Below, one piece after another: positions 1-13,370 of a DNA stretch of 64,000 bases; within the stretch, counting starts at the first letter, position 1, and the number at the start of each line of letters is the position of its first letter. This stretch comes from Candidatus Spongiisociaceae bacterium (lineage in GTDB: Bacteria > Actinomycetota > Acidimicrobiia > Spongiisociales > Spongiisociaceae). Under the pieces are notes generated by a model that saw only the letters and a list, made by a program, of their open reading frames with translations, was not told the origin of the DNA and did no database searches. Made by a program: the position numbers and the translations under genes. The stretch covers positions 2,464,303 to 2,528,302 of the forward strand of contig OZ251578.1 in the NCBI GenBank assembly GCA_965243835.1, written 5' to 3'.

Positions 1-690
1 GCCATGTTTGAAACCGGCTTGCGGGCCGAGAACGCGACGGTGGAGGCGGTTTACAGCCATCTGGCCTGCGCCGACGAAGCCGACCGGGACTTCACCCTGC
101 GCCAGATCGAGCGGTTCCGGGAGGCGGTCTCCTTCTATCCCGACCGGGGCCTGCCCTCCCCCCGCCTCCACCTGGCCAACTCGGCCGGAATCCTGATGTA
201 CCCGGAGTCGCACCTGGACCTGGTCCGTCCCGGAATTCTGCTGTACGGGGTGTATCCGTCCCGGCAGGCGGAGCGGACCATCCCGGTGCGACCGGCCCTG
301 TCCTGGAAATCGCAAGTAGTGTTTTTCAAAGTGCAACGGGCGGGCGATCCGGTCAGTTACGGAGCAACCTGGCGGCCAAAGGCCGACACCCGGGTAATAA
401 CGGTGCCGGTGGGCTACGGAGACGGCTACTTCCGCTCCCTGTCCGGCCGGGCGGAGGTGCTAGTGGGCGGCGAGTTGAAACCGGTAGTGGGACGGGTATG
501 CATGGACCAGCTGATGGTGGACATAGGCCCGCAAGCAAGCGCCTACAACGGAGACGAAGTGGTTTTGCTGGGCGAACAAGGCGCTTGCTCCATAGGGGCC
601 CTGGAGCTGGCGGAGCGGGCGGGCTCCATAGCCCACGAGTTGCTATCCAACATCAACGTCCGCGTCTCCCGCCGCTACACCGGCGGCTAA
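1..690 (+). CDS. alr: Alanine racemase, C-terminal portion (5' end lies outside the window)
   Basis: ORF 4..690 is open from the window edge. The translation carries alanine racemase C-terminal domain motifs (PGILLYGVYPS ... GRVCMDQLMVD). Stop at 690. Confidence 0.8.
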   Translation, partial: AMFETGLRAENATVEAVYSHLACADEADRDFTLRQIERFREAVSFYPDRGLPSPRLHLANSAGILMYPESHLDLVRPGILLYGVYPSRQAERTIPVRPALSWKSQVVFFKVQRAGDPVSYGATWRPKADTRVITVPVGYGDGYFRSLSGRAEVLVGGELKPVVGRVCMDQLMVDIGPQASAYNGDEVVLLGEQGACSIGALELAERAGSIAHELLSNINVRVSRRYTGG

Positions 691-1129
691 CCCTCACAAA
701 CGCCGGCATCCCCGCCCCTCGCCGCAACCCCCGCGCTCACCCATCCCCCGCCCCAAAAAAACAACCCCTAGAAATTTCCCAAAAACCCCCTTAAACTGTG
801 GGCGGGAGGGCGGGGGGCGGGCGGGACCCCCAAATTTGAAAACGCGAAAAAAATCCTTAGATCGCGAAAAGCAAACCTAAAACCTAGACACGGAAGCCCC
901 CACCCGCTATGCTGACGGCGGAACAGCCCCGGAAGTTTCACAGCCCCGGAAGTTTCGACGACCGGGCGTCAGGTCCGTCCCTCTCGGGGGACGGACCTTT
1001 GTATCACCCTCCCCCATCCCTTAGCTTGACGACGTACCATAACCCTGCTATCATAGAGGCGCACGTTCCCAGCCATTTCGATGGTCTGGGCGCCAGGCCC
1101 GCTCTTCGGGGTGGGCCTGGTCACGTTAA

Positions 1130-1774
1130 TCACCATTCAGGCGGTTTATGGAACGACCCTTTTCCATCTTCCAATCTGTTAGGTAATTGCGAACTAGCAA
1201 GTATACCCTCATTAATCTGGTCATAACTTGACGCTTTCAACCCACGAGCACGTCTGCCGTGACGATTAGGGTTGACAATTAATACTTTGACTTTCGCTTT
1301 TTCCTCAACCATACGAATGGCGGGTGCAATATCGGAATCATTAGTAATGACAACAGCAAGATCACATGGTTCTAGAAATGCATCACAAAGAAGATGGGAA
1401 GCCAGATTTACATCTGTTTCCTTCTCTTGTGTCTCATATATTAGCAGGTTTGTTGGCCCACCTAAAGATGGGTAAACTAATCTTCTCCATCGCTTTCTTT
1501 TTTTCATCTTCCCCTCATATACACTCACATTAGGTAAGGTTTTCAAAGCTCGTAAATATACATTCTGTCGTTGAGATGTGCCCGGATTACCTTCCGCATC
1601 TATAACAATAGAAGTAAAATACTTTATACCATTAAGGTCATATTCGGGCAACAGTCGCTGACATAGTTGCTCCAGATCAAGCCACTTATATGAAGTTTTT
1701 TTGACGGCGCCATAGTATAAATTTAGGCCGTCGATATATACTATCGCACGCCGGTTGTTGTCTTGTTGCGTCAT
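1130..1774 (-). CDS. NYN/LabA-like (PIN-like) domain protein on an AT-rich single-gene island
   Basis: 214 aa ORF beginning AIVYIDGLNLYY, typical of the NYN/LabA N-terminus. Local GC is far below the flanking genes (1130-1800 is AT-rich). Confidence 0.6.
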   Translation of the reverse strand: MTQQDNNRRAIVYIDGLNLYYGAVKKTSYKWLDLEQLCQRLLPEYDLNGIKYFTSIVIDAEGNPGTSQRQNVYLRALKTLPNVSVYEGKMKKRKRWRRLVYPSLGGPTNLLIYETQEKETDVNLASHLLCDAFLEPCDLAVVITNDSDIAPAIRMVEEKAKVKVLIVNPNRHGRRARGLKASSYDQINEGILASSQLPNRLEDGKGSFHKPPEW

Positions 1775-1802
1775 TGTATCTCCCTTTCTTATATTTCTGT
1801 AG

Positions 1803-2864
1803 TCAGTTAGTTGCGGGGGCGGTTAGGAAGCGGTGGAGGGTTTGGTAGGCTTTTTCCAGGTTTTCCAGGGGGACGCTTTCGGCGGGTTGGTGAGCTTGGG
1901 CGGTTTCACCGGGGCCGTAGTTGACAGCGGGGACGCCGTAGGCGGCTAGGCGGGCTACGTCCGTCCACGCCTGTTTGGGTTCCACCGGGGCGGCGGCGCA
2001 CCGGCGGAGCCGCTCCAAAAACGGATTGTCCTCCGGAACGGGGGCGGCGGGGGCCGTATCCGTAATCTCCGCCTCATCCGCCCCGGCCGCCACCTCCAAC
2101 AGGCGCTCCCGCGCTTCGGCGACGGTGCGATGGGGGGCGAACCGGTAGTTCAGGTTCATAACAAACGAGCCGGGGATCACGTTGTTGGCCACCCCGCCCG
2201 CGGCCCGCGTCACCGAAAACACCTCGTAGAAGGTCAGGCCGCCCGACTCATGCGACTCCCGCTCCCGGCCATGCATCCCGGCCAGCCACTCCCCCGCCTT
2301 GGTCACCGCGTTCTCCCCCAACCAGGGCCGGGCGCTGTGAGCGGGGCGCCCCGTAAAGCGCACCGCGGCGTTCACCACCCCGGTGCACCCCAGTTGCAAC
2401 GTCAAATCGGTGGGTTCGCACACCACGGCGAACTCCGCCTCGGCCAGCCACCCGCATTCCCGCAACACCCGCTCCAAACCGTTGCCGGCGAACGGCCCCT
2501 CCTCGCCGTCGTAAAACACCCCCATCGTGTCGCAGGGTCCGGCCAAAACCCCGGAATCCTCCAACAGGTGCGTCATCACCGCCAAACCGGATTTCATATC
2601 GGAGGCCCCCAACCCGTGCAGCCTCCCCCCCGCGATCCGGGCCGGGCCCTGCCCCTGGTTGGGCACCGTGTCCAGATGGCCGACCAGCAGAACAAGGGGG
2701 CGGCCGGTGCGCCGTCCCGCCACCAGGCTGTTCCCCACCCGGAGCAACTCGTCATCCCGGTAGACGGCGGACAGCCGTTCCGCCAACGCGGCGCGCAACG
2801 GCCCCTCCTCCCCGGTCACCGACGGCGTATCCACCAGTTGCGCCAGTGTGTCGACCAGGTTCAC
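1803..2864 (-). CDS. dapE: Succinyl-diaminopimelate desuccinylase (M20 peptidase family)
   Basis: 353 aa ORF with M20/DapE motifs (LVGHLDTVP, ASDMKSGLA). Lies immediately downstream of dapD, with overlapping stop/start. Confidence 0.75.
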   Translation of the reverse strand: MNLVDTLAQLVDTPSVTGEEGPLRAALAERLSAVYRDDELLRVGNSLVAGRRTGRPLVLLVGHLDTVPNQGQGPARIAGGRLHGLGASDMKSGLAVMTHLLEDSGVLAGPCDTMGVFYDGEEGPFAGNGLERVLRECGWLAEAEFAVVCEPTDLTLQLGCTGVVNAAVRFTGRPAHSARPWLGENAVTKAGEWLAGMHGRERESHESGGLTFYEVFSVTRAAGGVANNVIPGSFVMNLNYRFAPHRTVAEARERLLEVAAGADEAEITDTAPAAPVPEDNPFLERLRRCAAAPVEPKQAWTDVARLAAYGVPAVNYGPGETAQAHQPAESVPLENLEKAYQTLHRFLTAPATN

Positions 2865-3706
2865 ACCGGCACCTCGAAAGTGCGCAGGGCCTCGTTGAGG
2901 GAGGTGCGGTCATCGGTGCCCGCGGTGCGTCGGCCGATGATGTAGGCGCAGGCCAGGGAAGCGGTTCCGGACGGAAACTCTTTAGGACGGGTTCCGGGAA
3001 CCACCACCGACCGGGCGGGCACCCGGCCCCGGTACTCCACCCGCTCCGAACCGGTCAAATCGATAATGGGGGTGGAGGCGGTAATAGTCACGTTGGCGGC
3101 CAGCACCGCCCCCTCCTCGATCAGCGCCCCTTCGGTGACGATGCACCGGCTGCCCACAAAAGCCCCATCCTCCACGATTACCGGGCGGGCGTTGGGGGGC
3201 TCGAGCACCCCGCCGATCCCCACCCCGCCGGACAGGTGAACGTTCGCCCCGATCTGGGCGCAGGAACCGACCGTGGCCCAAGTGTCCACCATCGTCCCGG
3301 CCGCCACGTAGGCCCCGATGTTCACGTAACCGGGCATCACGATCACCCCCGGCTCGCAGAACGCCCCGTAGCGCACCGCGCCGGGGGGGACCACCCGCAC
3401 CCCGGCCTCGGCCAGGTTCTGTTTAGTGGGAATCTTGTCGTAGTACTGGATGTCGCCGGATTGCATCACCCGCATCCCGGCCACCCCGAAGTAGAGCAGG
3501 ATGGCCCGCTTCACCCACTCGTTCACCACCCACTCCCCGTCCGTTTTTTGGGCCACCCGGATCTCCCCCGCGTCCAGCCGGGCGATGGCCTCGGCCACCG
3601 CCGTCCGGGCCTCCCCCAACCGGTCGCGGTCCGCAAACGCGGCCTCGATCAACTCTATTAGTTCACTGTCAAGCATTTCCCTATCACCTCCATCGCCCGC
3701 TCGCAT
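2861..3706 (-). CDS. dapD: 2,3,4,5-tetrahydropyridine-2,6-dicarboxylate N-succinyltransferase
   Basis: 281 aa ORF with hexapeptide-repeat acyltransferase region and a DapD-like N-terminus. An alternative start at about 3676 (MLDSELIE) is possible. Confidence 0.75.
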   Translation of the reverse strand: MRAGDGGDREMLDSELIELIEAAFADRDRLGEARTAVAEAIARLDAGEIRVAQKTDGEWVVNEWVKRAILLYFGVAGMRVMQSGDIQYYDKIPTKQNLAEAGVRVVPPGAVRYGAFCEPGVIVMPGYVNIGAYVAAGTMVDTWATVGSCAQIGANVHLSGGVGIGGVLEPPNARPVIVEDGAFVGSRCIVTEGALIEEGAVLAANVTITASTPIIDLTGSERVEYRGRVPARSVVVPGTRPKEFPSGTASLACAYIIGRRTAGTDDRTSLNEALRTFEVPV

Positions 3707-4797
3707 TCTTCCACGGTCGGCACCAGCGCCAACCGAATGTAGTTCCGGCCGCCCGGCCCGAAGGCCCGTCCCGGGGTGACCGCCACCCCGGCGTCCAGCA
3801 ACCGGTCGGTCGCGGCCAGGTCATCGTTCACTTTCAACCACAGGTACATTCCCGCCTCCGAACCCGCCGCCTCCGCTCCCAGTCCGGCCAGCCCCCGGCG
3901 CAACGCCGCCCGCCGCTCCCGGATCGCCTCCCGCACCCGGCCCGCATGCCCGTCGTCCGCCCAGGCGACGGCCGCCGCCCGCTGGACGAACTCGGGGGAG
4001 GCGGTGCCGGTGCCGGAACGGAGCAGTTTCAGGGCGGCGATGGCGGACGGGTCTCCCACCACCGCCCCGCTCCGGTATCCGGTCATCCCGCTCCGTTTGG
4101 ACAGGCTGAAGTAAACCAGGACGCTGGCGGTTCCCCCCGTCTGCAACAGGGAGGGCGGCGGCTCCGTTTCGTAGATGTCGGCGTAGCACTCGTCCGAACA
4201 GAGCAGAGTATCGGAGGCGGCGGCCCGCTCCCGGAACCGGGCCAACTCGTCCATCGGGATGACGGAACCGGTCGGGTTGTGCGGGGTGCACAGCCACAGC
4301 AGGCGGGCCCTCTCCCAAACCCGGTCGGGGGCATCGGAGGCCCGGAAGATGAAATCGTCCCGCACCGGAACCGGAACCGACTCCGCCCCGGCGAACAGCG
4401 CCCCCCGCTCGTAGACGGGGTAACCGGGGGTGGACCACGCTACCGCCTGCCCCGCCTCCCGGTCGATGAAAGCCAGCGGGGTGGAAAAAATGGCCTCCTT
4501 GGCCCCCGAGACGGGAATTACTTCGGCGCCGGGGTCCACTTCCACCGCAAAACGGCGCCGCACGTAGTCGGCGATGGCGGACCGCAACCCGGGGAGGCCG
4601 GCCACCGTCGGATACTGCGAGACGGCCGGAACCGCCTCCCGCAACGCTTGCGGAACCGCCTCCGGGGTGGGTATCCGCAAGTCGCCGATGGAGAAGTCGG
4701 CCAGCAGGCGCCCCTCCTCCCGCAAAATCCGCGTCCGCTCCGCGACGGCGGTGATGGGGTTTTTGCCCACCTGTTCCAGAACCGGATTTAATAGCAT
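3658..4797 (-). CDS. dapC: PLP-dependent class I aminotransferase, likely N-succinyldiaminopimelate aminotransferase
   Basis: 379 aa ORF with an aminotransferase class I/II fold. Operonic with dapD and dapE, so the assignment is by context. Confidence 0.6.
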   Translation of the reverse strand: MLLNPVLEQVGKNPITAVAERTRILREEGRLLADFSIGDLRIPTPEAVPQALREAVPAVSQYPTVAGLPGLRSAIADYVRRRFAVEVDPGAEVIPVSGAKEAIFSTPLAFIDREAGQAVAWSTPGYPVYERGALFAGAESVPVPVRDDFIFRASDAPDRVWERARLLWLCTPHNPTGSVIPMDELARFRERAAASDTLLCSDECYADIYETEPPPSLLQTGGTASVLVYFSLSKRSGMTGYRSGAVVGDPSAIAALKLLRSGTGTASPEFVQRAAAVAWADDGHAGRVREAIRERRAALRRGLAGLGAEAAGSEAGMYLWLKVNDDLAATDRLLDAGVAVTPGRAFGPGGRNYIRLALVPTVEECERAMEVIGKCLTVN

Positions 4798-4827
4798 CGT
4801 CCCAGGATAGTGCCCGGCCGCATCTAA

Positions 4828-6027
4828 TCAGTCCGGCCCGGCCCCGACGGGCAGGAAAGCCCGCACCAGGTCCAGGTTGGGAACTATTCCCTCCGGGGTG
4901 CGGACGATCAAACGTTTCTCTTCCAACAGGTTGAGGTCCCTGGTAACGGTTTTCGAGGTCTTGCCTGCGTATTCGAGAGTGATGCGGGGCGTAATAACGG
5001 TGATGCCGGACCGGGGGGCGGGCGCCTCGTAATCCAGATCAAGCAACAGCCTTTGTCGCCTTCGTGCGGCATTGGTGTTCTTGTCGGCAAACTGCTCGTG
5101 CACAAAACTTTCCCAGGCGAGTTGCAACTGCTGACGCTCAATCCACTCAATCTGTTCTTGCAGGCCATCGACTAATCCCCCCAGCGCATAAGAAAAAAAT
5201 TCTCGGATGGAGTACGGCTCCACCTTGCTGGAACTATCCATCACCCGGTAGTACATCCCCCGGGTGCGGTTGTAGTGATTTGACAGCAGATGTCCGACCG
5301 GAAAAGGCAGGCCCGACTCCACCAGGATGCGGAACTCCACCAGCCGGGCGGTGCGGCCGTTGCCATCCCCGAACGGGTGAATCCAAGCCAGGTAGAGATG
5401 GGCGGCCAAGGCTTTAGCCGCTACTTTGACGAAACCGGGCGCATCGTAGATATTGCCCGCAAAGTCGGGCCCGTTCAACCAGTCGCACATCCGTTCCAAC
5501 AGATAACGGCAGTCCTGGGCGGGGGCGGCCCGGTAACGGCCCACCACTACGTTGTGCCGACGGATCTCACCGGGAACCGCCTCTTGCTCCCGCAGGTTAA
5601 GTCCCTCTAAAACCTGCCCGTTATATCGGCAAATATCATCAACTGTAAGAGGTTGAGTACCCTTCTCCAAAACCTGTTCGGCGATAGAGTTGCACGCCGC
5701 GATCACATTATCGACCTCTTGGGCCAGATACTCCTGGCTGGGCGGCAACCGTAACACACCGGTGAGCAACCGGCTGACCTCTTCCTCGCTGAGGCTGTTA
5801 CCTTCGATGGCGGTAGTGGCATGAACGCCCTTGGCCAGATAGAGCTCGTGTAGCCGGTCCGCGACTACCGGCGTAAGCGGCGTCCCGGCAATTTGGTCGC
5901 ACTTGGCGCGCGCTTCGCCGAGGAGCATCCAGTCAAGGTGACTCAGCTCGCCCAGATCAACCCGAAAAGTTATCCAGGGATGTGTCCCTGTATATTCCTG
6001 CTTGGAGTTGGCGTATTTGTCCTGCAT
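4828..6027 (-). CDS. Fic/DOC family protein (AMPylator-type) with C-terminal winged-HTH region
   Basis: 399 aa ORF containing the Fic motif HPFGDGNGRTAR. Divergent from the DUF4268 gene, with an AT-rich intergenic promoter region. Confidence 0.8.
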   Translation of the reverse strand: MQDKYANSKQEYTGTHPWITFRVDLGELSHLDWMLLGEARAKCDQIAGTPLTPVVADRLHELYLAKGVHATTAIEGNSLSEEEVSRLLTGVLRLPPSQEYLAQEVDNVIAACNSIAEQVLEKGTQPLTVDDICRYNGQVLEGLNLREQEAVPGEIRRHNVVVGRYRAAPAQDCRYLLERMCDWLNGPDFAGNIYDAPGFVKVAAKALAAHLYLAWIHPFGDGNGRTARLVEFRILVESGLPFPVGHLLSNHYNRTRGMYYRVMDSSSKVEPYSIREFFSYALGGLVDGLQEQIEWIERQQLQLAWESFVHEQFADKNTNAARRRQRLLLDLDYEAPAPRSGITVITPRITLEYAGKTSKTVTRDLNLLEEKRLIVRTPEGIVPNLDLVRAFLPVGAGPD

Positions 6028-6185
6028 ATTGCTTATATTATATGATTTAGGGAAATTGTCAAATTAGAATTCTATAATTAAAATGTCCCTGCTACTGTCC
6101 CCCAAGGTGTCCCTCAACGCGGTCGATGGGCAACCGACGTCGCGGGGTGGTAGCATTAGGCTCCCATACGGCGGAAAGGAACCCT

Positions 6186-7100
6186 ATGACCAAGAAATAC
6201 CAGCTGGGCCGGCTGGAGAAGGTGTACCTGCGCGAGGTGTGGGCCAACGCGGCCCGCGACTTCACGCCCTGGCTGGCCCGCGAGGAAAACATCGCGTTGC
6301 TCTCCGAAGCCATACACATGGAACTGGAGGTCGAGGAAAGCGAAAAGAGCGTGGGCTCTTTCGCCGCGGACATCGTCTGCCGGGAAGCCAAAACCGGCCA
6401 TCGCGTCTATGTTGCAACTCAGTTTGACGAAACCGATGATGAACGTCTCGGAAAAATCATAAACTATGCCACGCAAATGGATGCTGTAACAATTATCTGG
6501 ATAACTAGAAAAATTAAGAAAGCACACCGGCTTGCTTTGGATTGGTTAAATAATAATACTACTAAAGAAATCAATTTTCTGGGTATTGAAATAGAATTCT
6601 ATCGTATTATGGATTCTCCTATTGCTCCTAAGCTTATGTTGTCTTTAAAATCAAAGCAATGGATTAAAAAAACCAGAGAAGTAATAGATTTATATAAGAT
6701 AAGACGGGAATACTGGTCTATATTTTGCAATTTAGTAAAGCAGAGGGGCGGCTTGGTAAAACCAGCAGTACCTACTGATAATTGGATTAGACATTCTATA
6801 CTACCTCACTTTAAGTTAGATATGGGAAATGATAGTAAAAAAGAGACAATTCATGTTAACGTTCATTTAACAGGACCTAACAGTGAAGAAACTATAAAAA
6901 ACCTCGCCAAAGAAAAGGCTATCATAGAACAAGAGGTAAATGATAAATTGGATTGGAGAAGTCAAAGTGGAAATATTTATCTTAAAAAATATAATTGTGA
7001 TATATATAACAAAGATGGTTGGGCGGAGCAACATGAGTGGCTGTATGAGAAACTGCAAATTTTCCATAAAGTGTTCACGGAGAGAATCAAAAACTTATGA
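6186..7100 (+). CDS. DUF4268 domain protein with N-terminal PD-(D/E)XK-like module
   Basis: N-terminus LGRLEKVYLREVWANAARDFTPWLAREENIALLSE...VGSFAADI...AVTIIWI matches the conserved DUF4268-family N-terminal region. RBS GGAAAGGAA upstream of the ATG at 6186. The 3' half is markedly AT-rich. Confidence 0.7.
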   Translation: MTKKYQLGRLEKVYLREVWANAARDFTPWLAREENIALLSEAIHMELEVEESEKSVGSFAADIVCREAKTGHRVYVATQFDETDDERLGKIINYATQMDAVTIIWITRKIKKAHRLALDWLNNNTTKEINFLGIEIEFYRIMDSPIAPKLMLSLKSKQWIKKTREVIDLYKIRREYWSIFCNLVKQRGGLVKPAVPTDNWIRHSILPHFKLDMGNDSKKETIHVNVHLTGPNSEETIKNLAKEKAIIEQEVNDKLDWRSQSGNIYLKKYNCDIYNKDGWAEQHEWLYEKLQIFHKVFTERIKNL

Positions 7101-7498
7101 CAAATAGGCAGTATCGGGCTTTGTTTTTGCTGTTGGGGGCGGCGGGGCTGGCGGTGGTGGTAGTCGCATTTTTATACGGGTCGCCGGAACGGGAGCGGGA
7201 ACCGTTACCCGCCGTGCTGGAAGCCATAAGCCCGCAACCGGGAAGCCAGGTTCCCCGGCAGACGGCGGTGGAAGTGGACCTGCCGGTCGGCTATCGGCTG
7301 GAAATGTTCGCGGACAACTTCCGGGTGCCGGAATCGGAAGTGCGCTTCGTGGAAGGCACCGGCGTCTACTCTTGGTCGCCCTCCGCCTCCTCGGTTGTCA
7401 TCTGGGACGCCGGGGAACACCGGGTGCTGGTGCGCTGGCACCGCCTTAGCGGGCTGGCCGACGAGGGCGAATACTCCTGGACTTTCCGGGTTTTCTGA
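7097..7498 (+). CDS. Hypothetical small membrane-anchored protein
   Basis: 133 aa ORF with an N-terminal hydrophobic helix (LFLLLGAAGLAVVVVAFLY). Start overlaps the DUF4268 stop (ATGA). GC-rich codon usage like the host. Confidence 0.45.
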   Translation: MTNRQYRALFLLLGAAGLAVVVVAFLYGSPEREREPLPAVLEAISPQPGSQVPRQTAVEVDLPVGYRLEMFADNFRVPESEVRFVEGTGVYSWSPSASSVVIWDAGEHRVLVRWHRLSGLADEGEYSWTFRVF

Positions 7499-7517
7499 CC
7501 CGCCGCCCCCCCTCGCC

Positions 7518-10701
<3,184 letters not shown>

Positions 10702-10705
<4 letters not shown>

Positions 10706-11877
10706 CGCAGGGCCTCCGCCTGCTCGGCCACCACCCGGGCCGCTTCCCGCCCCTCCCCGGGCCGGGTGGACCAGCCGAAGGAAAACCGCAGGCACTCCCG
10801 GGCCGCGGCGGGCGTCAAACCCATCGCCGTCAGCACATGCGACACGGCGGCCGCCCCCGACTGGCAGGCGGAAGCCGCCGACGCCGCCGCCCCCGCCCGG
10901 TCCAGGCGGGCCAGCAGGGTTTCGTTGCGGACGCCGGGGATGCGCACATGGCTGATCTGGACGGCGCGGGGAACGTCGGCCCCGGTGACGACCGCCTCCG
11001 GCAGGCGGGAAGTCAAAACCCGTTCAAACTCGTCCCGCTCCCGGGACACCCGCGCCCGGAAGTCGTCCCGTTCGTCTTCGGCGGCCTGCATGGCGGCCGC
11101 CATCCCCGCCGCTCCCGGCACGTTGTGCGTGCCCGACCGTCTTCCCAACTCCTGGCCTCCTCCGTGCAACAGCGGCTCCAACGGGACGCCGTCCCGCACA
11201 TAGAGTATCCCCGTCCCCGGCGGGCCGCCGAACTTGTGGGCGGACAGGGTCAGCAGATCCACGCCCAGCTCCCCGACGTCCATGGACCGGGACACGAACC
11301 CCTGCACGGCGTCGGTGTGCACCGCGACCGACGGATGGGCCTCCCGCACCGCGGCCGCCGTCTCCGCCAGCGGTTGCTCCACCCCGGTTTCGTTGTTGGC
11401 GGCCATCACCGAGGCCACCGCCGCATCGGCGGTCACGGAGGAGGCGAGCCGGGCCGGGTCCACCCGTCCGGCGCCGTCCACCTCCGCCATCGTCAGCGGA
11501 CAGCCCCGGTCCCGGCAGAACCGGGCGGCGGCCAGCACCGCCTCATGCTCCACCGGGGCGACCGCCACCCCCCGCCGTCCGCCGCCGGCGAAGGCCGAAC
11601 CCTTAATGGCCAAATTGTCGGATTCGGTGCCGCCCCCGGTGAAAACTATCTCCAACGGGCGGGCCCCCAGCAGGGCCGCTATCTGTTCCCGGGCTTCCTC
11701 CAAGGCGTTTTTGGCGCGGCGGGAAACGCTGTGGGAACCGGAGGGGTTGCCGTAGCAGCCGCAGTCGCCGTCCCGGTAGTCCCGGTAGGGGGCCATCGCC
11801 TCCCGGGCCTGCGGACGCAGAGGGGAGGTGGCGGCGTGATCCAGGTAGAGGATGTCCCCGCGCTTCATACGTTCCAT
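10702..11877 (-). CDS. Cysteine desulfurase (IscS/NifS family)
   Basis: 391 aa ORF with class V aminotransferase motifs and the PLP-lysine region SAHKFGGPPGTG. Translationally coupled to mnmA. Confidence 0.8.
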
Positions 11878-12039
11878 ACTGCCCTATTGTCGCGCGTCTC
11901 CGCCGTCCGCCGGTACCCGGATCTCCCAATCAGCGGTTTCGCGCATAAAGGGCGAGGACGCCTATCGGGAAACGGGTTGGGGACAACGGGGGGTTCGCCG
12001 ATGCGCCGGAGCGGTTGACCGCGCCCCGCTTCGCCAAAA

Positions 12040-12170
12040 ATCTCTTAATCCCCAAGGCTTCTACCCCGGGGTTTGCGATCCCCGAAAACAACCCCCTTGT
12101 TTGGGTTGGAAATACCGGGTATATTAAGGGCGGGAGGGCGGGGGGCGGGCGGGTGGGTTGAATTTTGACG
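12040..12170. repeat. Dispersed intergenic repeat family, copy B (reverse orientation relative to copies C and D)
   Basis: Shares the core aacgacccccttgtttggg...ggtatattaagggcgggagggcggggggcgggcggg with loci near 776-870, 13690-13830, 14290-14440 and 17925-18040. Confidence 0.7.
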
Positions 12171-12283
12171 GCGAAATTTTGAGGTTTGGGCGGAGGGCGG
12201 CGGGCTCCCGGTTATTGCGGGCAAAGGGCGGACGCGCAGTCGGGTTCCCCGCCTTGTTAAAAGCGACCGCAACCTCTAATCTG

Positions 12284-12736
12284 GTGGGCGTGCGGACCGA
12301 GGCGGTTATTGAAATCGAGGCCCCCATGGAGCGGGTGTGGGAGGCGGCGACCGACTTCCCCTCCCATGTCCGGTGGATGCGGGACGCCCGTTCCATCAGG
12401 GTGGAACCGCCGGGCGAGGCGGGAGCGGGGTCGACGCTGTTCATCGACACCCGGGTGGGGCCGTTTCGCACCACCGACCGGTTCGAAATCACCGAGGTGG
12501 TCCCGTTGCGGCGGGTGACGGGACGGCACCGGGGACTGTTCACCGGAGAAGGATGTTTTGAACTGTCCGAGGCCGGGGAGGGCCGCACCCGGTTTGCGTG
12601 GCGGGAAAACATCGTCTTTCCCTGGTATTTTGGAGGCGGAGCCGGGGCGCGGGCCGCCAAACCGATCCTGACCCGCATCTGGCGCTCCAACCTAAAAGCC
12701 CTGAAAGCGCTGTTGGAAGAGTCCTCCGGGAACTGA
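12284..12736 (+). CDS. SRPBCC (START/Bet v1-like, polyketide cyclase/dehydrase family) protein
   Basis: Core EAVIEIEAPMERVWEAATDFPSHVRW typical of the SRPBCC N-terminus. The ORF is open from 12158, but the likely GTG start is near 12284. Confidence 0.6.
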   Translation: MGVRTEAVIEIEAPMERVWEAATDFPSHVRWMRDARSIRVEPPGEAGAGSTLFIDTRVGPFRTTDRFEITEVVPLRRVTGRHRGLFTGEGCFELSEAGEGRTRFAWRENIVFPWYFGGGAGARAAKPILTRIWRSNLKALKALLEESSGN

Positions 12737-13370
12737 TCCCCCGCCCCCCGGACTGCGCCTCCGCAACCGCCTCCCCCGAAAAGGGTTCTTCGCGAAGGAG
12801 GCGGGGGCGTGCCTGCTTGCCCGTTTAGGTGAGACCTCGGCGGAATCGGGGCGGTAAATCATCCATTCGAGGAGCCTCGTATGTCGGAGGTTTCGGTTGC
12901 GTCGGTGCGGGAGCGGTCGCCGTGTCCGGCATGCGGAAGGAGCGCCGGAGGGTGCGGGCGTATCGGGAGTCGCGGGTGCGGGATAATCCGGTGGGAGAGC
13001 TGGTTACGACGCGGGCGCGCCGCCGTCGGTTTGAGCGCGATGGGTGCGGCCGGACGCATTTGGAGACGCATCCGGAGGTACGGGGAAGTTCACTGTGCGG
13101 TTCGCCCGCCCGTTGACGGCGGAGGTGGAAGACGAGCATCCGGGCGGTGTCCCTCCGTAGGAAGGTGGGGTGGCACATGCTCCGGGCTTTGGCGGATCGA
13201 TAAGCGGGCGAAACCAACACGTCGGCGGGCGTCGCCGAGCCGAACGCTCCCGGCGAATGAGCCCGCATGAGCGGAGGCGCAAGCATATGACGGGCTCTCT
13301 TTCTCTCTCTGTAACGGGGCTATGGGAAATATTTCCCCGTTACAGCGGGAAGGATGCTAGTGTAGGGGCG

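Noticed and set aside
13140-13270. Possible RNase P RNA P4-like motifs (gctccgggctttggc / ataagcgggcgaaacc) in the ORF-poor region
   Set aside because: The two motif-like strings are adjacent and in the wrong order and orientation for the RNase P pseudoknot. Other universally conserved blocks (GGAAAGUCCGGGCUCC, ACAGAACCCGGCUUA) are absent on both strands.
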